Shown in pieces: positions 17,132-25,629 of a DNA stretch of 64,000 bases. Source of the DNA: Pseudomonas sp. (GTDB lineage Bacteria; Pseudomonadota; Gammaproteobacteria; Pseudomonadales; Pseudomonadaceae); contig NZ_JAYGFK010000022.1 in NCBI RefSeq assembly GCF_046581935.1, forward strand, positions 2,540 through 66,539, read 5' to 3'. Position 1 is the stretch's first letter. Each line of letters opens with the position of its first letter. The position numbers were made by a program, and so were the translations under genes. The notes beneath the pieces were generated by a model. It was not told the origin of the DNA, did not search any database, and saw only the letters and a program-made list of their open reading frames with translations.

Positions 17132-18022
17132 ATGGACATCAACTTTCGTCAGCTTCAGGCCTTTGTGCTTATCGCGGAGCACCGCAGTTTCAGCCGCGCT
17201 GCCGAGCAGGTGCACCTGTCGCAGCCGGCATTGAGTTACAGCCTGCGCAAGCTGGAAGATGCGCTCGGCTTGTCGCTGTTTGCGCGCAACACCCGTAGCG
17301 TGGAGCTGACCGAGGCCGGCCTGCGCTTTCTGGATCAGGCTCGCCGCCTGCTGCGTGATATGGACAATGCGGTGCACGATGCCCATGAGCAGCTGCACCT
17401 GCAAAGCGGCTCACTGCGCATTGCTGTGCTGCCCTCGGTGGCGATCAAGCCCTTGCCTGACGTGTTGCGCGAGTACCGCCGGCGCTATCCCGGTATCGAG
17501 ATCAGCTTGCGTGATGGCCGCGCCGAGGAAGTTCGCCAGTGGGTCAGTACGGCAGAAGTCGATTTCGCCATCACCTCGGAGGCAGATGATCGAGCCGCGC
17601 TGGATTTTCAGCCGATCTACGATGACAGCCTGGTACTGCTGGTGCGGGGTATGGCGGCGTTGCGCGCGAGTGGGTTGGTGGACGCCTTGCGAGCCTTGGA
17701 TTATGTCGCGACCACCCGCGATACCAGCTTGCGCGCCATGGCCGACCAAACGCTGCAGCGCATGGGGCTGCTGCGTGAGCCCGCCTGGGAAGTGGCCTAT
17801 ATGAGCAGCGCAGCAGCACTGGCCCGTGCCGGCTTGGGTTATGCGCTACTTCCCGCCAGCGTGGCTGACACCTTCAATGGCGACGGCAGCTTGTCGGTTC
17901 ATCTACTGCCGGATGCGCCGCTGCGCAGCATCGGTGTGCTGCAGCGCAAGCCCTGCTACCTGAGTCCACCGGGCCAGGCCTTTGTCGGCCTGCTCAAACA
18001 GCATGCCGGGGTGCTCGGCTGA
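17132..18022 (+). CDS. LysR-family transcriptional regulator
   Basis: N-terminal HTH, FSRAAEQVHLSQPALS...LFARNTRSVELT. Divergent from the atuA operon. Confidence 0.93.
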   Translation: MDINFRQLQAFVLIAEHRSFSRAAEQVHLSQPALSYSLRKLEDALGLSLFARNTRSVELTEAGLRFLDQARRLLRDMDNAVHDAHEQLHLQSGSLRIAVLPSVAIKPLPDVLREYRRRYPGIEISLRDGRAEEVRQWVSTAEVDFAITSEADDRAALDFQPIYDDSLVLLVRGMAALRASGLVDALRALDYVATTRDTSLRAMADQTLQRMGLLREPAWEVAYMSSAAALARAGLGYALLPASVADTFNGDGSLSVHLLPDAPLRSIGVLQRKPCYLSPPGQAFVGLLKQHAGVLG

Positions 18023-18111
18023 TGGCCGGGCGCGCAGATGGGGCTACCCGCAGCAGGCGATTCACGCGACAATCACGGCCCTTGTAAATCGATGTGCCGG
18101 ATACCTGACGT

Positions 18112-18927
18112 TTGAATGCTGAGCTACGCCGCCGCGCCTACCTGACAGCCATGCAAGTGGCCAGTTGGCTGCCCCGTGTCGAACTGCCGTTCGCCGCACC
18201 CTCGCGGCCCGCGTTATTGCAGGTGTTGGTTGAACCAGAGGTTGAGCCACAGCCGTCTGCACCGCTAACGCGCGAAGCTGTTGCCGAGGTGACGCCGGCT
18301 CAGGCTGTGGCGCAGCCCGTGCCCGCTCAGGCCGAGCCGCGTGCTCGGATCGAAGTGCCGCGCCCTGCGCCGCAGGCGCGTACCAGTGCGCCCGAAGCCT
18401 CCGCCGTCAAAGACGAGGTTGAACCGGTGAAAGTCGCGGCCGTACCGCCGCCGCGCTTTGCCCTGCAATTGCTGCGCGCGGGTGCTTGTGCGGTATTGGT
18501 CGAGTTGCCCACCGGCGAGGCGCTGCAAGGCCGTGATCCTGCCTATTTGCTGCTCAAAGATTTGCTACGCGCCGCTGGCCTGCCGGACAGCCCGCAATTG
18601 ATTGGTGAGCCGGTGCGCTGGCCGCTGCTGGTGCGCGGGCAGATCGACCAAGGCCCGCAAGCGGCGCTGGAATACGTGCAGAGCTTTGTTGGCGCACGCC
18701 TGGAAGATCAAGAGCCTTGCAGTTGCTTGTGGCTGGTCGGCTTACCGGCCATTCGTTTTGCCGCCGAGGCGGATGCCGAAGCTTACAACCGCGAATTGCA
18801 AATTGAGGGCCTGGGCGCGGCTTGGGCCTTGCCGGGTCTGGAGCTGCTGATGGATGAGCCTGAGCGCAAGCGTGACCTGTGGCAGGCCATGCGCCGCGTG
18901 CGCCAGCGCTGGTTAGCCGCTACGTGA
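18112..18927 (+). CDS. holD: Pseudomonas-type DNA polymerase III psi subunit (PA4679-like, Pro/Ala-rich linker; often mislabelled TonB)
   Basis: N-terminal RRRAYLTAMQVASWLPR. Position directly upstream of rimI mirrors the holD-rimI order. Confidence 0.7.
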   Translation: MNAELRRRAYLTAMQVASWLPRVELPFAAPSRPALLQVLVEPEVEPQPSAPLTREAVAEVTPAQAVAQPVPAQAEPRARIEVPRPAPQARTSAPEASAVKDEVEPVKVAAVPPPRFALQLLRAGACAVLVELPTGEALQGRDPAYLLLKDLLRAAGLPDSPQLIGEPVRWPLLVRGQIDQGPQAALEYVQSFVGARLEDQEPCSCLWLVGLPAIRFAAEADAEAYNRELQIEGLGAAWALPGLELLMDEPERKRDLWQAMRRVRQRWLAAT

Positions 18928-18984
18928 ATCGCCTTTGTCCCGGCCTGTGGGCCGCGGTTTCTACCGCTTACCGAGTCAACCTGA

Positions 18985-19437
18985 ATGAGTGAAGCAATCA
19001 GTTTCCGCCCCATGACTGCGGCGGATATCGATACGGTGTTGAAGATCGAATACGCCGCCTTTAGCCATCCCTGGACGCGCGGCATCTTCACCGACAGCCT
19101 GACTGCCTATAAATGCTGGGTGATGTTCGAGGGTGAGCAGCAGGTCGGGCATGGGGTGATCCAGATCATCTTGGACGAGGCGCACCTGCTCAATATCACC
19201 GTCAAGGCGCAAAGCCAGGGCCGAGGCCTTGGCCTGAAGTTGCTTGAGCACCTGATGCAGCAGGCTCAGCTGCAGGGCGCTAAAGACTGCTTCCTGGAAG
19301 TGCGGGCCAGTAACCAGGTGGCTTATCGCCTGTATGAGCGCTTTGGCTTCAATGAAGTTGGCCGGCGGCGCGACTATTACCCGGCAGTCGGTGGCCGTGA
19401 AGATGCGCTGGTGATGGTCTGCCCGCTGTTCGACTAA
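18985..19437 (+). CDS. rimI: Ribosomal protein S18 alanine N-acetyltransferase
   Basis: GNAT motifs HLLNITV...QGRGLG, LEVRASN, GRRRDYY...EDA. Confidence 0.95.
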   Translation: MSEAISFRPMTAADIDTVLKIEYAAFSHPWTRGIFTDSLTAYKCWVMFEGEQQVGHGVIQIILDEAHLLNITVKAQSQGRGLGLKLLEHLMQQAQLQGAKDCFLEVRASNQVAYRLYERFGFNEVGRRRDYYPAVGGREDALVMVCPLFD

Positions 19438-19587
19438 CGCGCTGTGCGGCAGGTTGCTTGGCGCACGTTTGGGCCTGCTGAAGTTTTCTCGCGCGGCGCG
19501 GATTTGCGTTGTGACGGCGGCCCCCCCGTACTTGTCAAAAGCCCCGGGCACTCCTATGGTGCGCATCGACGAATCCGGGAGTGAAAC

Positions 19588-20232
19588 ATGAGTGACTTAC
19601 AGCACCTCTTCGACAACAACGCACGTTGGGCCGAGGCGATCAAAGAGGACGACCCGGAGTTCTTCGCCAAGCTGGCCAAGCAGCAGGTGCCTGAGTATTT
19701 GTGGATCGGCTGTTCCGATGCACGCGTACCCGCCAATGAAATTGTCGGCCTGCTGCCGGGCGACTTATTCGTTCACCGCAATGTCGCCAATGTGGTGCTG
19801 CATACCGATTTCAATTGCCTGTCGGTGATCCAGTACGCCGTCGACGTGCTCAAGGTCAAACATATCCTGGTCACCGGCCACTACGGCTGCGGTGGTGTGC
19901 GGGCATCCATGCAGGACACTCAGTTCGGCCTGATCGACGGCTGGCTGCGCTGCATCCGTGATCTGTTTTACGAGCACCGCGAGCACTTGGCGCAATTACC
20001 GAGTGAGGAGGCGCGGGTGGATCGTCTCTGCGAGCTCAACGTCATCCAGCAGGTGGCCAACGTCAGCCATACCACCATCGTGCAGAACGCCTGGCACCGT
20101 GGTCAGGAGCTCGCCGTGCATGGCTGCATTTATGGCATCAAGGATGGTCGCTGGAAAAACCTCAATGTCACCGTTAGCGGTATAGAACAGTTACCGCCGC
20201 AATACCGCCTGCGCCCGCTTGGGCAGAACTGA
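19588..20232 (+). CDS. can: Beta-class carbonic anhydrase
   Basis: WIGCSDARV, FVHRNVAN and GHYGCGG zinc motifs. Confidence 0.95.
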   Translation: MSDLQHLFDNNARWAEAIKEDDPEFFAKLAKQQVPEYLWIGCSDARVPANEIVGLLPGDLFVHRNVANVVLHTDFNCLSVIQYAVDVLKVKHILVTGHYGCGGVRASMQDTQFGLIDGWLRCIRDLFYEHREHLAQLPSEEARVDRLCELNVIQQVANVSHTTIVQNAWHRGQELAVHGCIYGIKDGRWKNLNVTVSGIEQLPPQYRLRPLGQN

Positions 20233-20235
20233 GGT

Positions 20236-21138
20236 ATGCGTCACTCTGCCCGTTACGCCGTTGCCGGTTTGCTGTTGGCGGTTCTCTGTTGGTCCGGTAA
20301 TGCCCTGGTGGCCCGCGCCTTTGCTGGCCAGATCTCGCCGTTTACCCTGTCTTTCTGGCGCTGGACTCTAGCCTTGTCGCTGCTGTTGCCCTTTGTGGCG
20401 AAACCGCTGTGGCAGCATCGCCGCGAGTTGCAGGCCGCTGGTTGGCGTTTGCTGGTGCTCGCGGCTGTCGGCATCGCTGGCTATAACAGCATGCTGTACG
20501 CCGCAGCACAGACCACTGCGGCGATCAATATCACCCTGGTAAACACCTGTTTACCGCTGATGACCTTTATTGGTGCCGGCGTACTGCTCGGTGAGTGGCC
20601 GCAACGACGTGCCTGGCTCGGCCTGGGCGTGGCGGCCATCGGTCTGCTAGTGCTAATTACCCGAGCCAGCTGGACGACCCTGAGCACGCTGTCGTTCAAC
20701 CATGGTGACCTGATCATGCTGCTCGCCGTGGCGGATTGGGCGCTGTATTCGCTGCTGCTACGGCGCTGGGCCAGCTACCTGCAAGCCATTCCGCCACTGG
20801 CATTGTTGGGCGTGCTGATGTTGCTGGGCGTGCCCTTAATCTTGCCGCTCTATCTGTACGAGCTGAGCCAAGGCGCGCGCTTCGTGCCGACTGCAGCCAC
20901 CCTTGGTGCCATCGCTTACACCGCAGTATTCGCCTCGCTGCTGGCCTACCTGTGCTGGAACCATGGCGTGCGCGTCGTTGGGGCGGCCAAGGCCGCGCTG
21001 AGCAACTACCTGATGCCGGTGTTCACCGCCATCCTCGGCTGGCTCCTGCTGGGCGAAGGGTTGCAACTATTCCACTGGGTCGGAGGCGCACTTATTTTCA
21101 GCGGGTTGCTATTGGGCACCAAGCGGCCGGCCAGCTAA
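20236..21138 (+). CDS. DMT/EamA-family transporter
   Basis: 300 aa, about 10 hydrophobic segments, two EamA halves. Confidence 0.9.
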   Translation: MRHSARYAVAGLLLAVLCWSGNALVARAFAGQISPFTLSFWRWTLALSLLLPFVAKPLWQHRRELQAAGWRLLVLAAVGIAGYNSMLYAAAQTTAAINITLVNTCLPLMTFIGAGVLLGEWPQRRAWLGLGVAAIGLLVLITRASWTTLSTLSFNHGDLIMLLAVADWALYSLLLRRWASYLQAIPPLALLGVLMLLGVPLILPLYLYELSQGARFVPTAATLGAIAYTAVFASLLAYLCWNHGVRVVGAAKAALSNYLMPVFTAILGWLLLGEGLQLFHWVGGALIFSGLLLGTKRPAS

Positions 21139-21158
21139 TTAGCCTGTGCTGCACTGAT

Positions 21159-21317
21159 TTACTGACGCTGCCCTACGTTAAGCGGAACAGCTGCCTGCAC
21201 ATACGCCACCAGCTTTTCCAGGCTGGTCTGCAAGGGTTCGCTGCCGCTGGCGAGGGTTAGTTCTGGCAGGGTAGGGGCTTCGTAGGGCGCGCTGATATCT
21301 GAGAGTTCGGCGTTGCG
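21159..21317 (-). pseudogene. cysC: 3' remnant of adenylyl-sulfate kinase
   Basis: Minus-strand frame reads RNAELSDISAPYEAPTLPELTLASGSEPLQTSLEKLVAYVQ...stop (21159-21161). ISAPYEAPxxPEL is the CysC C-terminal motif. In-frame TAG at 21318-21320 and no N-terminal P-loop part. Confidence 0.7.
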
Positions 21318-21428
21318 CTAAAGGTCCTGCCGGGGTGTCCAGAATCATTGAGCCACAACAACCTTCTTGCTGTTAGTCGGAAAGCACGACAAAGTTAAGC
21401 CTTCTTTGAGCTGCATTTTGGTTGTCTC

Positions 21429-22390
21429 ATGACTGAACGTTCCTCCAGATCGTCCGGGAATCCCTCTATCAATGAGCAATCGGAGGAGAATTTTTCTGAT
21501 AACGAAGGTTGGATCGCATGGCGAAACTTGACCACTGAAGCCATGGGGCGTTTTCACGAGCAGCTTCTTGCGAACGTTTCCAGGGCCCCGGGTTTGGTGG
21601 GCTACGAGGCAGCGAAACGCGCACGGGCAGCTAGTGGGAACTTTGCCTGGTCTTGGGGGGCAGCTGCTGAAATTCAGGAAACTATCAATACGATAAATTC
21701 GTGGGGGGGCACCTTCATGACTGGTGCGCTTGGAATGCCGTTGTTGAGTCATTTGAGACGGATGAAGATAAAGGGCAGCTGCTGCACCACTTCGTTAACC
21801 CCTTAGCTTTCTTCTGCATGCATCAACCTAGCGCAGTCAGTGATCTCCTGATGCTTCTTACCGAGACACTTTTACATCAGGCGAACTGTCTTGTAGAACC
21901 AGGCTACGTTGATCGACTTGATCAGGATGGTTTGAGACCTTGACAAGGGCTTCGACGCTCTGATCGCAGAAAACAGGTCATTCGCCTCGGTCACTGCTGG
22001 ACACGATTTAATGGGTTTCTGGCTGCGTTGGATGCAATCAATGACTCTGCCTATCGAAAACTTAGTCGCAATTTCCGCGACCTATCTGTTCACTCATTTG
22101 CACCTAGGTTCATGGTCGGGCAAATCATGCGCGCATTTCGTTCGATTGAGCCTTGGCAAGAACTCGTGGAGCAACCGGGCGGCGGCTCCTTACTTGTAGA
22201 TCATCCAACTAAGAAATGCGTCAGCTACACGATGTGTGTGCTGGAACCTTTTCCTCTCCGCGATGCATGCTCAGCCAGCCTTTCTGAGTACCAAAAAGTA
22301 GTGACCGCTATGAGTGCATTCTCTGAGCTGCTTGAGGAAATATGCGACAGCATGGATGCGATACCAGATCGCTTATCGGGACAGTCGTAG
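21429..22390 (+). pseudogene. Interrupted hypothetical gene with an RxxxxH (HEPN-like) motif
   Basis: Three ORF pieces join into one protein if G7 at 21703-21709 becomes G8 and the in-frame TGA at 21941-21943 is read through. Motif RDLSVH lies in the last piece. Confidence 0.6.
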
Positions 22391-22426
22391 GCTGGGATAA
22401 GGTTGAGACACTTGTGGGACACCCCG

Positions 22427-22519
22427 AAAACAAAAAAGGGCTTACCTTTCGGTAAACCCTTGTTTTGTTTGGTGGCTACGCAGGGACTTGAACCCCGGAC
22501 CCCAGCATTATGAATGCTA
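22427..22519. repeat. Left att repeat: 3' half of tRNA-Met (22470-22519) plus terminator hairpin
   Basis: 93-bp direct repeat of 30396-30488 with 2 mismatches; the 50-nt tRNA part is identical. Confidence 0.92.
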
Positions 22520-22599
22520 GGGTGTGCCAATACCCTGGCATTTATGATCTTTGATAAGCCTATACAGAATGAGGCTTTCAGCCTATCCTCGATCTTGCT

Positions 22600-22665
22600 G
22601 GCTATCACCAAATTTGATGATTTTTGATAGCCCGTGCTAGCCCGGTGATAGCCCGTCGCTAGCCC
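22600..22665. repeat. Putative integrase arm-type binding sites (left end)
   Basis: TAGCCC at 22628, 22638, 22649 and 22660, plus an inverted GGCTATCACC at 22600. The 22-mer 22634-22655 recurs exactly at 30372-30393. Confidence 0.65.
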
Positions 22666-22696
22666 AATCAATCCTCTGCGATCCTGAGGAGCGGGC

Positions 22697-24049
22697 ATGG
22701 TAAAGCTGAGATTCACCAAAACGGCACTGATGGCGGTCGCTCTGCCCGAGGCAGGTAAGCGAGTTGCCGTCTATGACACCGACACCCCAAAGCTCGCCAT
22801 GCGTATTACCGCAGCAGGCAGTCGCACCTTTTACGTTGTGAAGCGTGCCGGCGCCTCTATGGCATGGGTGAAGCTGGGCACCTTCCCTGAGATGACTGTC
22901 GAGCAGGCGCGCGGCGAAGCGCAAAAGATCCTTGCCGAGTTCGCCACCGGAGCGAATCCAGCCGCAGCCCGTCGTGCTATTCGAGAGGAACCGACTTTTT
23001 CCGAGGTGTTCGAGCAGTTCCTCACCGGCAAGAAAAAGCGCGACGGTACTCCCCTGGCTGAATCTACAAAGCAGGGTTATCGGGTAGTGCTGCGCGACTA
23101 CCTGGAACCGATCAAATCGAAAAAGCTTTCCCACATCACGCGCGGCGAAGTGAAGGCGATCCACAGCAAAACCACAAAGGTAAGCGCGTCCCAGGCTGAC
23201 CGCGCCCTTGCCGTTGTTTCCTCGGTCTTTAACTTTGCTGCCGACCTGGAAATCTTCACCGGCACCAGCCCGACCAGTCGCATTCAGAAGAACCCTGCGC
23301 CGTCGCGTGACCGCTTTGCCCAAGGAGTTGAGCTGCCATACCTGTTCGCCGCCATTGCCGAGTCGAGCCTGCGCGACTTCTTTATGCTGGCGCTGCTGAC
23401 CGGCGCACGCCGGGCCAACGTACAGTCGATGGCCTGGCGCGACGTAGATCTAGAGGCCCGTGTCTGGCGTATTGGCATGACCAAGAACGGCACACCGCAG
23501 AACGTCACGCTATCGCCTGAGGCCGTGGCCGCACTGGCCGCCCGCAAGCACACGACAGGCACATCACCATTCGTATTCCCCGGCGAGGGTAAGACGGGGC
23601 ACTTAGTCGAGCCAAAAAAAGCATGGGCTGCCATTCTGCTGCGCGCCAGTCTGCGCCGCCTACTCGATCACTTGGAAAGTTCCGGCAAGCTGACTGCCGA
23701 GGAGCGCAAGCAGGCTGGCTATGAGGTGATGACCGCCCCTGCAACCGCAGCAAGGCGCTATCGGGCCATCGCCGCCGCGCTGGGAATTGACCCCGCAACC
23801 TACGATATGACCGACCTGCGCATTCACGACTTACGCCGCACCCTTGGCAGTTGGCAGGCCAAGACTGGCGCGTCTATGGCGATCATTGGCAAGAGCCTGA
23901 ATCACAAGACCCAGCAGGCCACGGCTATCTATGCACGGCTTGACCTCGATCCCGTGCGGCAGTCGGTCAATACGGCAACCCAGGCAATGCTTGAGGCTGC
24001 AGGTATCAGGCAGTCTGCGGACGTGGTGCCGATCAATCGCAATCAATAA
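22697..24049 (+). CDS. int: Tyrosine recombinase/integrase with N-terminal arm-binding domain
   Basis: Catalytic set TGARR, TKNG, HDLRRT, LNHK, IYAR. N-terminal arm domain (YDTDTPKLAMRITAAGSRTFY). Confidence 0.95.
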   Translation: MVKLRFTKTALMAVALPEAGKRVAVYDTDTPKLAMRITAAGSRTFYVVKRAGASMAWVKLGTFPEMTVEQARGEAQKILAEFATGANPAAARRAIREEPTFSEVFEQFLTGKKKRDGTPLAESTKQGYRVVLRDYLEPIKSKKLSHITRGEVKAIHSKTTKVSASQADRALAVVSSVFNFAADLEIFTGTSPTSRIQKNPAPSRDRFAQGVELPYLFAAIAESSLRDFFMLALLTGARRANVQSMAWRDVDLEARVWRIGMTKNGTPQNVTLSPEAVAALAARKHTTGTSPFVFPGEGKTGHLVEPKKAWAAILLRASLRRLLDHLESSGKLTAEERKQAGYEVMTAPATAARRYRAIAAALGIDPATYDMTDLRIHDLRRTLGSWQAKTGASMAIIGKSLNHKTQQATAIYARLDLDPVRQSVNTATQAMLEAAGIRQSADVVPINRNQ

Positions 24050-24152
24050 GACAGCGCAGGCCAGCTGCATACATCGGCTGGGCAAAAAGCAGATTTTCTA
24101 CTTGCCTGGCTAGCAGATTTGTTCAGTAGTTGGATCGCCTGGAGGGCGAACA

Positions 24153-24761
24153 ATGAGCGAAGACGAAAAGGAAACATCCGAGCTGCGCCTTGGCTTGCAG
24201 GCCTGCTTGCAGCCTGGCTTTCACCTAGAGAAACAGTGGAACCCAGGTGTGAGTGTTGCCTCCCCTGAGGAGTTTCACCAATTCACGGCTCAACTCGCTA
24301 AGAGTTTACTGGAAACCAATTCTCCTGAGCACATCGCCACCATCGCAGCTCAGCACATAATCCTTTCGGATATGTCGAAATGCGTATTGGATAAGGCTAA
24401 TGAGGGCTTAGTTAAGGCTCTTACAGAAACTGCTCTGAAGGCAGCACTTCTTGGGGCTTTCGCGCATAGAAAGAAGGCAGCCAAGAAGCGCATGGCTGGA
24501 GGGCTCGATGAGCGTAATAATCGGGCTGCGCTCATAGGAAGGGAGATTCAGCGTCATGCCGAGGAGCTTTGGTCCGCCGATACCGATAAGGAGTTCAAGG
24601 TTACAGATATGGCACGCTTGGTGAAGGACGCCGTGGAACGAGACTACTCGGAAGGGACACCTGGCCTTGATCGTATCAAGGTGTTGATTAGGCCTTTGGC
24701 CCCCCAATATGCGCGTGAAGGAGGTGCGCCCAAAGGCAAGCGCGCGCGCTCAAAACCATAG
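24153..24761 (+). CDS. Hypothetical islet protein (helical, basic C-terminus)
   Basis: 202 aa with GGAGGG RBS, between int and alpA. Basic tail GGAPKGKRARSKP. Confidence 0.65.
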   Translation: MSEDEKETSELRLGLQACLQPGFHLEKQWNPGVSVASPEEFHQFTAQLAKSLLETNSPEHIATIAAQHIILSDMSKCVLDKANEGLVKALTETALKAALLGAFAHRKKAAKKRMAGGLDERNNRAALIGREIQRHAEELWSADTDKEFKVTDMARLVKDAVERDYSEGTPGLDRIKVLIRPLAPQYAREGGAPKGKRARSKP

Positions 24762-24765
24762 TGAG

Positions 24766-24793
24766 CGTAACGAGTATTAAGGTACTCGTTACG
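24766..24793. promoter_or_regulatory. 11-bp perfect inverted repeat upstream of alpA (candidate operator)
   Basis: CGTAACGAGTA-ttaagg-TACTCGTTACG. Confidence 0.55.
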
Positions 24794-24865
24794 GCTGTGA
24801 ATATTACTAACCCCTGCAATGCCAGATCATGACTCCTCCGAATCACACTCGTTGGAGTTAGACCC

Positions 24866-25150
24866 ATGCCCACCAGCCAATCCACAGAGCTTGTAACGCT
24901 CAAAGCCGAGATCGCCGCGCAGATCGCCGCACAGCTCGGTTTTAATCCAAAGACCCCGCCCGTAAACGTAGATGACAAGTCAGCTGCCGCGGTGCTTGGG
25001 GTACAGACAAACACATTATCTGTCTGGCGCTCACTAGGTCGCTATAACCTGCCCTACGTCAAAATCGGGCGGTCGGTGAAATATCGAATCAGCGACCTTG
25101 CCGAGTTTATTGCAAACCGCACCGCCTGCAACACCGGGGAGGCCAGCTAA
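24866..25150 (+). CDS. AlpA/excisionase-like helix-turn-helix protein
   Basis: VDDKSAAAVLGVQTNTLSVWRSLGRYNLPYVKIGRSVKYRISDLAEF; GGAG RBS. Confidence 0.85.
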   Translation: MPTSQSTELVTLKAEIAAQIAAQLGFNPKTPPVNVDDKSAAAVLGVQTNTLSVWRSLGRYNLPYVKIGRSVKYRISDLAEFIANRTACNTGEAS

Positions 25151-25629
25151 TGGACGACTTCCAGCTGTTCGACGGTGTTGCATTCAGCTGCCTAGAAAAT
25201 GAGCCGGCAACGATCCGCACCGGCCCTACGATTTATCTCGACCTACTCCCGCCATGCGCCTGCGGGTCACCCTCCGATGACACCCTGCTGAGCATCGTCT
25301 TTGCGTTGCTTGATGGTGGCTTTGCCGGAGTGCGCCAGCTAATTGGGGATGAGCTAAGTACAGCAACAAGCCTTCTGCTCACTGACTCCGACCTTGCGAG
25401 TGACAGGTCGATTTGGCTTTGGATTGACCCGGACAGCATTGAGGGTAAAACCATCATTGCCGTGCTGTGCAACATAAGAAGCGGCACATCCAAAACTGCT
25501 CAAGAGCTGGCTGACCATGCGATCCGCATTCTTGAATGCGCCTTTACAGAAGCCGGCCGCAAGGAGGAGTTTGGCGCTGCAGTACAGCGAATTTTGAAGA
25601 AGCGCCGCCATGAGGGGGCGAAGGAATGA
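25150..25629 (+). CDS. Hypothetical protein
   Basis: 159 aa, coupled to alpA (TAATG) and to the primase gene (ATGA). Confidence 0.65.
   Translation: MDDFQLFDGVAFSCLENEPATIRTGPTIYLDLLPPCACGSPSDDTLLSIVFALLDGGFAGVRQLIGDELSTATSLLLTDSDLASDRSIWLWIDPDSIEGKTIIAVLCNIRSGTSKTAQELADHAIRILECAFTEAGRKEEFGAAVQRILKKRRHEGAKE

Noticed and set aside
18112-18927. TonB energy transducer call for the Pro-rich protein
   Set aside because: No N-terminal transmembrane anchor or TonB C-terminal motif; position before rimI and the N-terminus fit the Pseudomonas Pol III psi subunit.
21321-21350. GGTCCTGCCGGGGTGTCCAGAATC at the cysC breakpoint as a possible IS end
   Set aside because: No matching second end, transposase or target duplication in the window, and I cannot assign it to an IS family.
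22225-22719. 164-aa minus-strand ORF across the left att
   Set aside because: It runs through the tRNA fragment, terminator and arm repeats, so it is a chance ORF.
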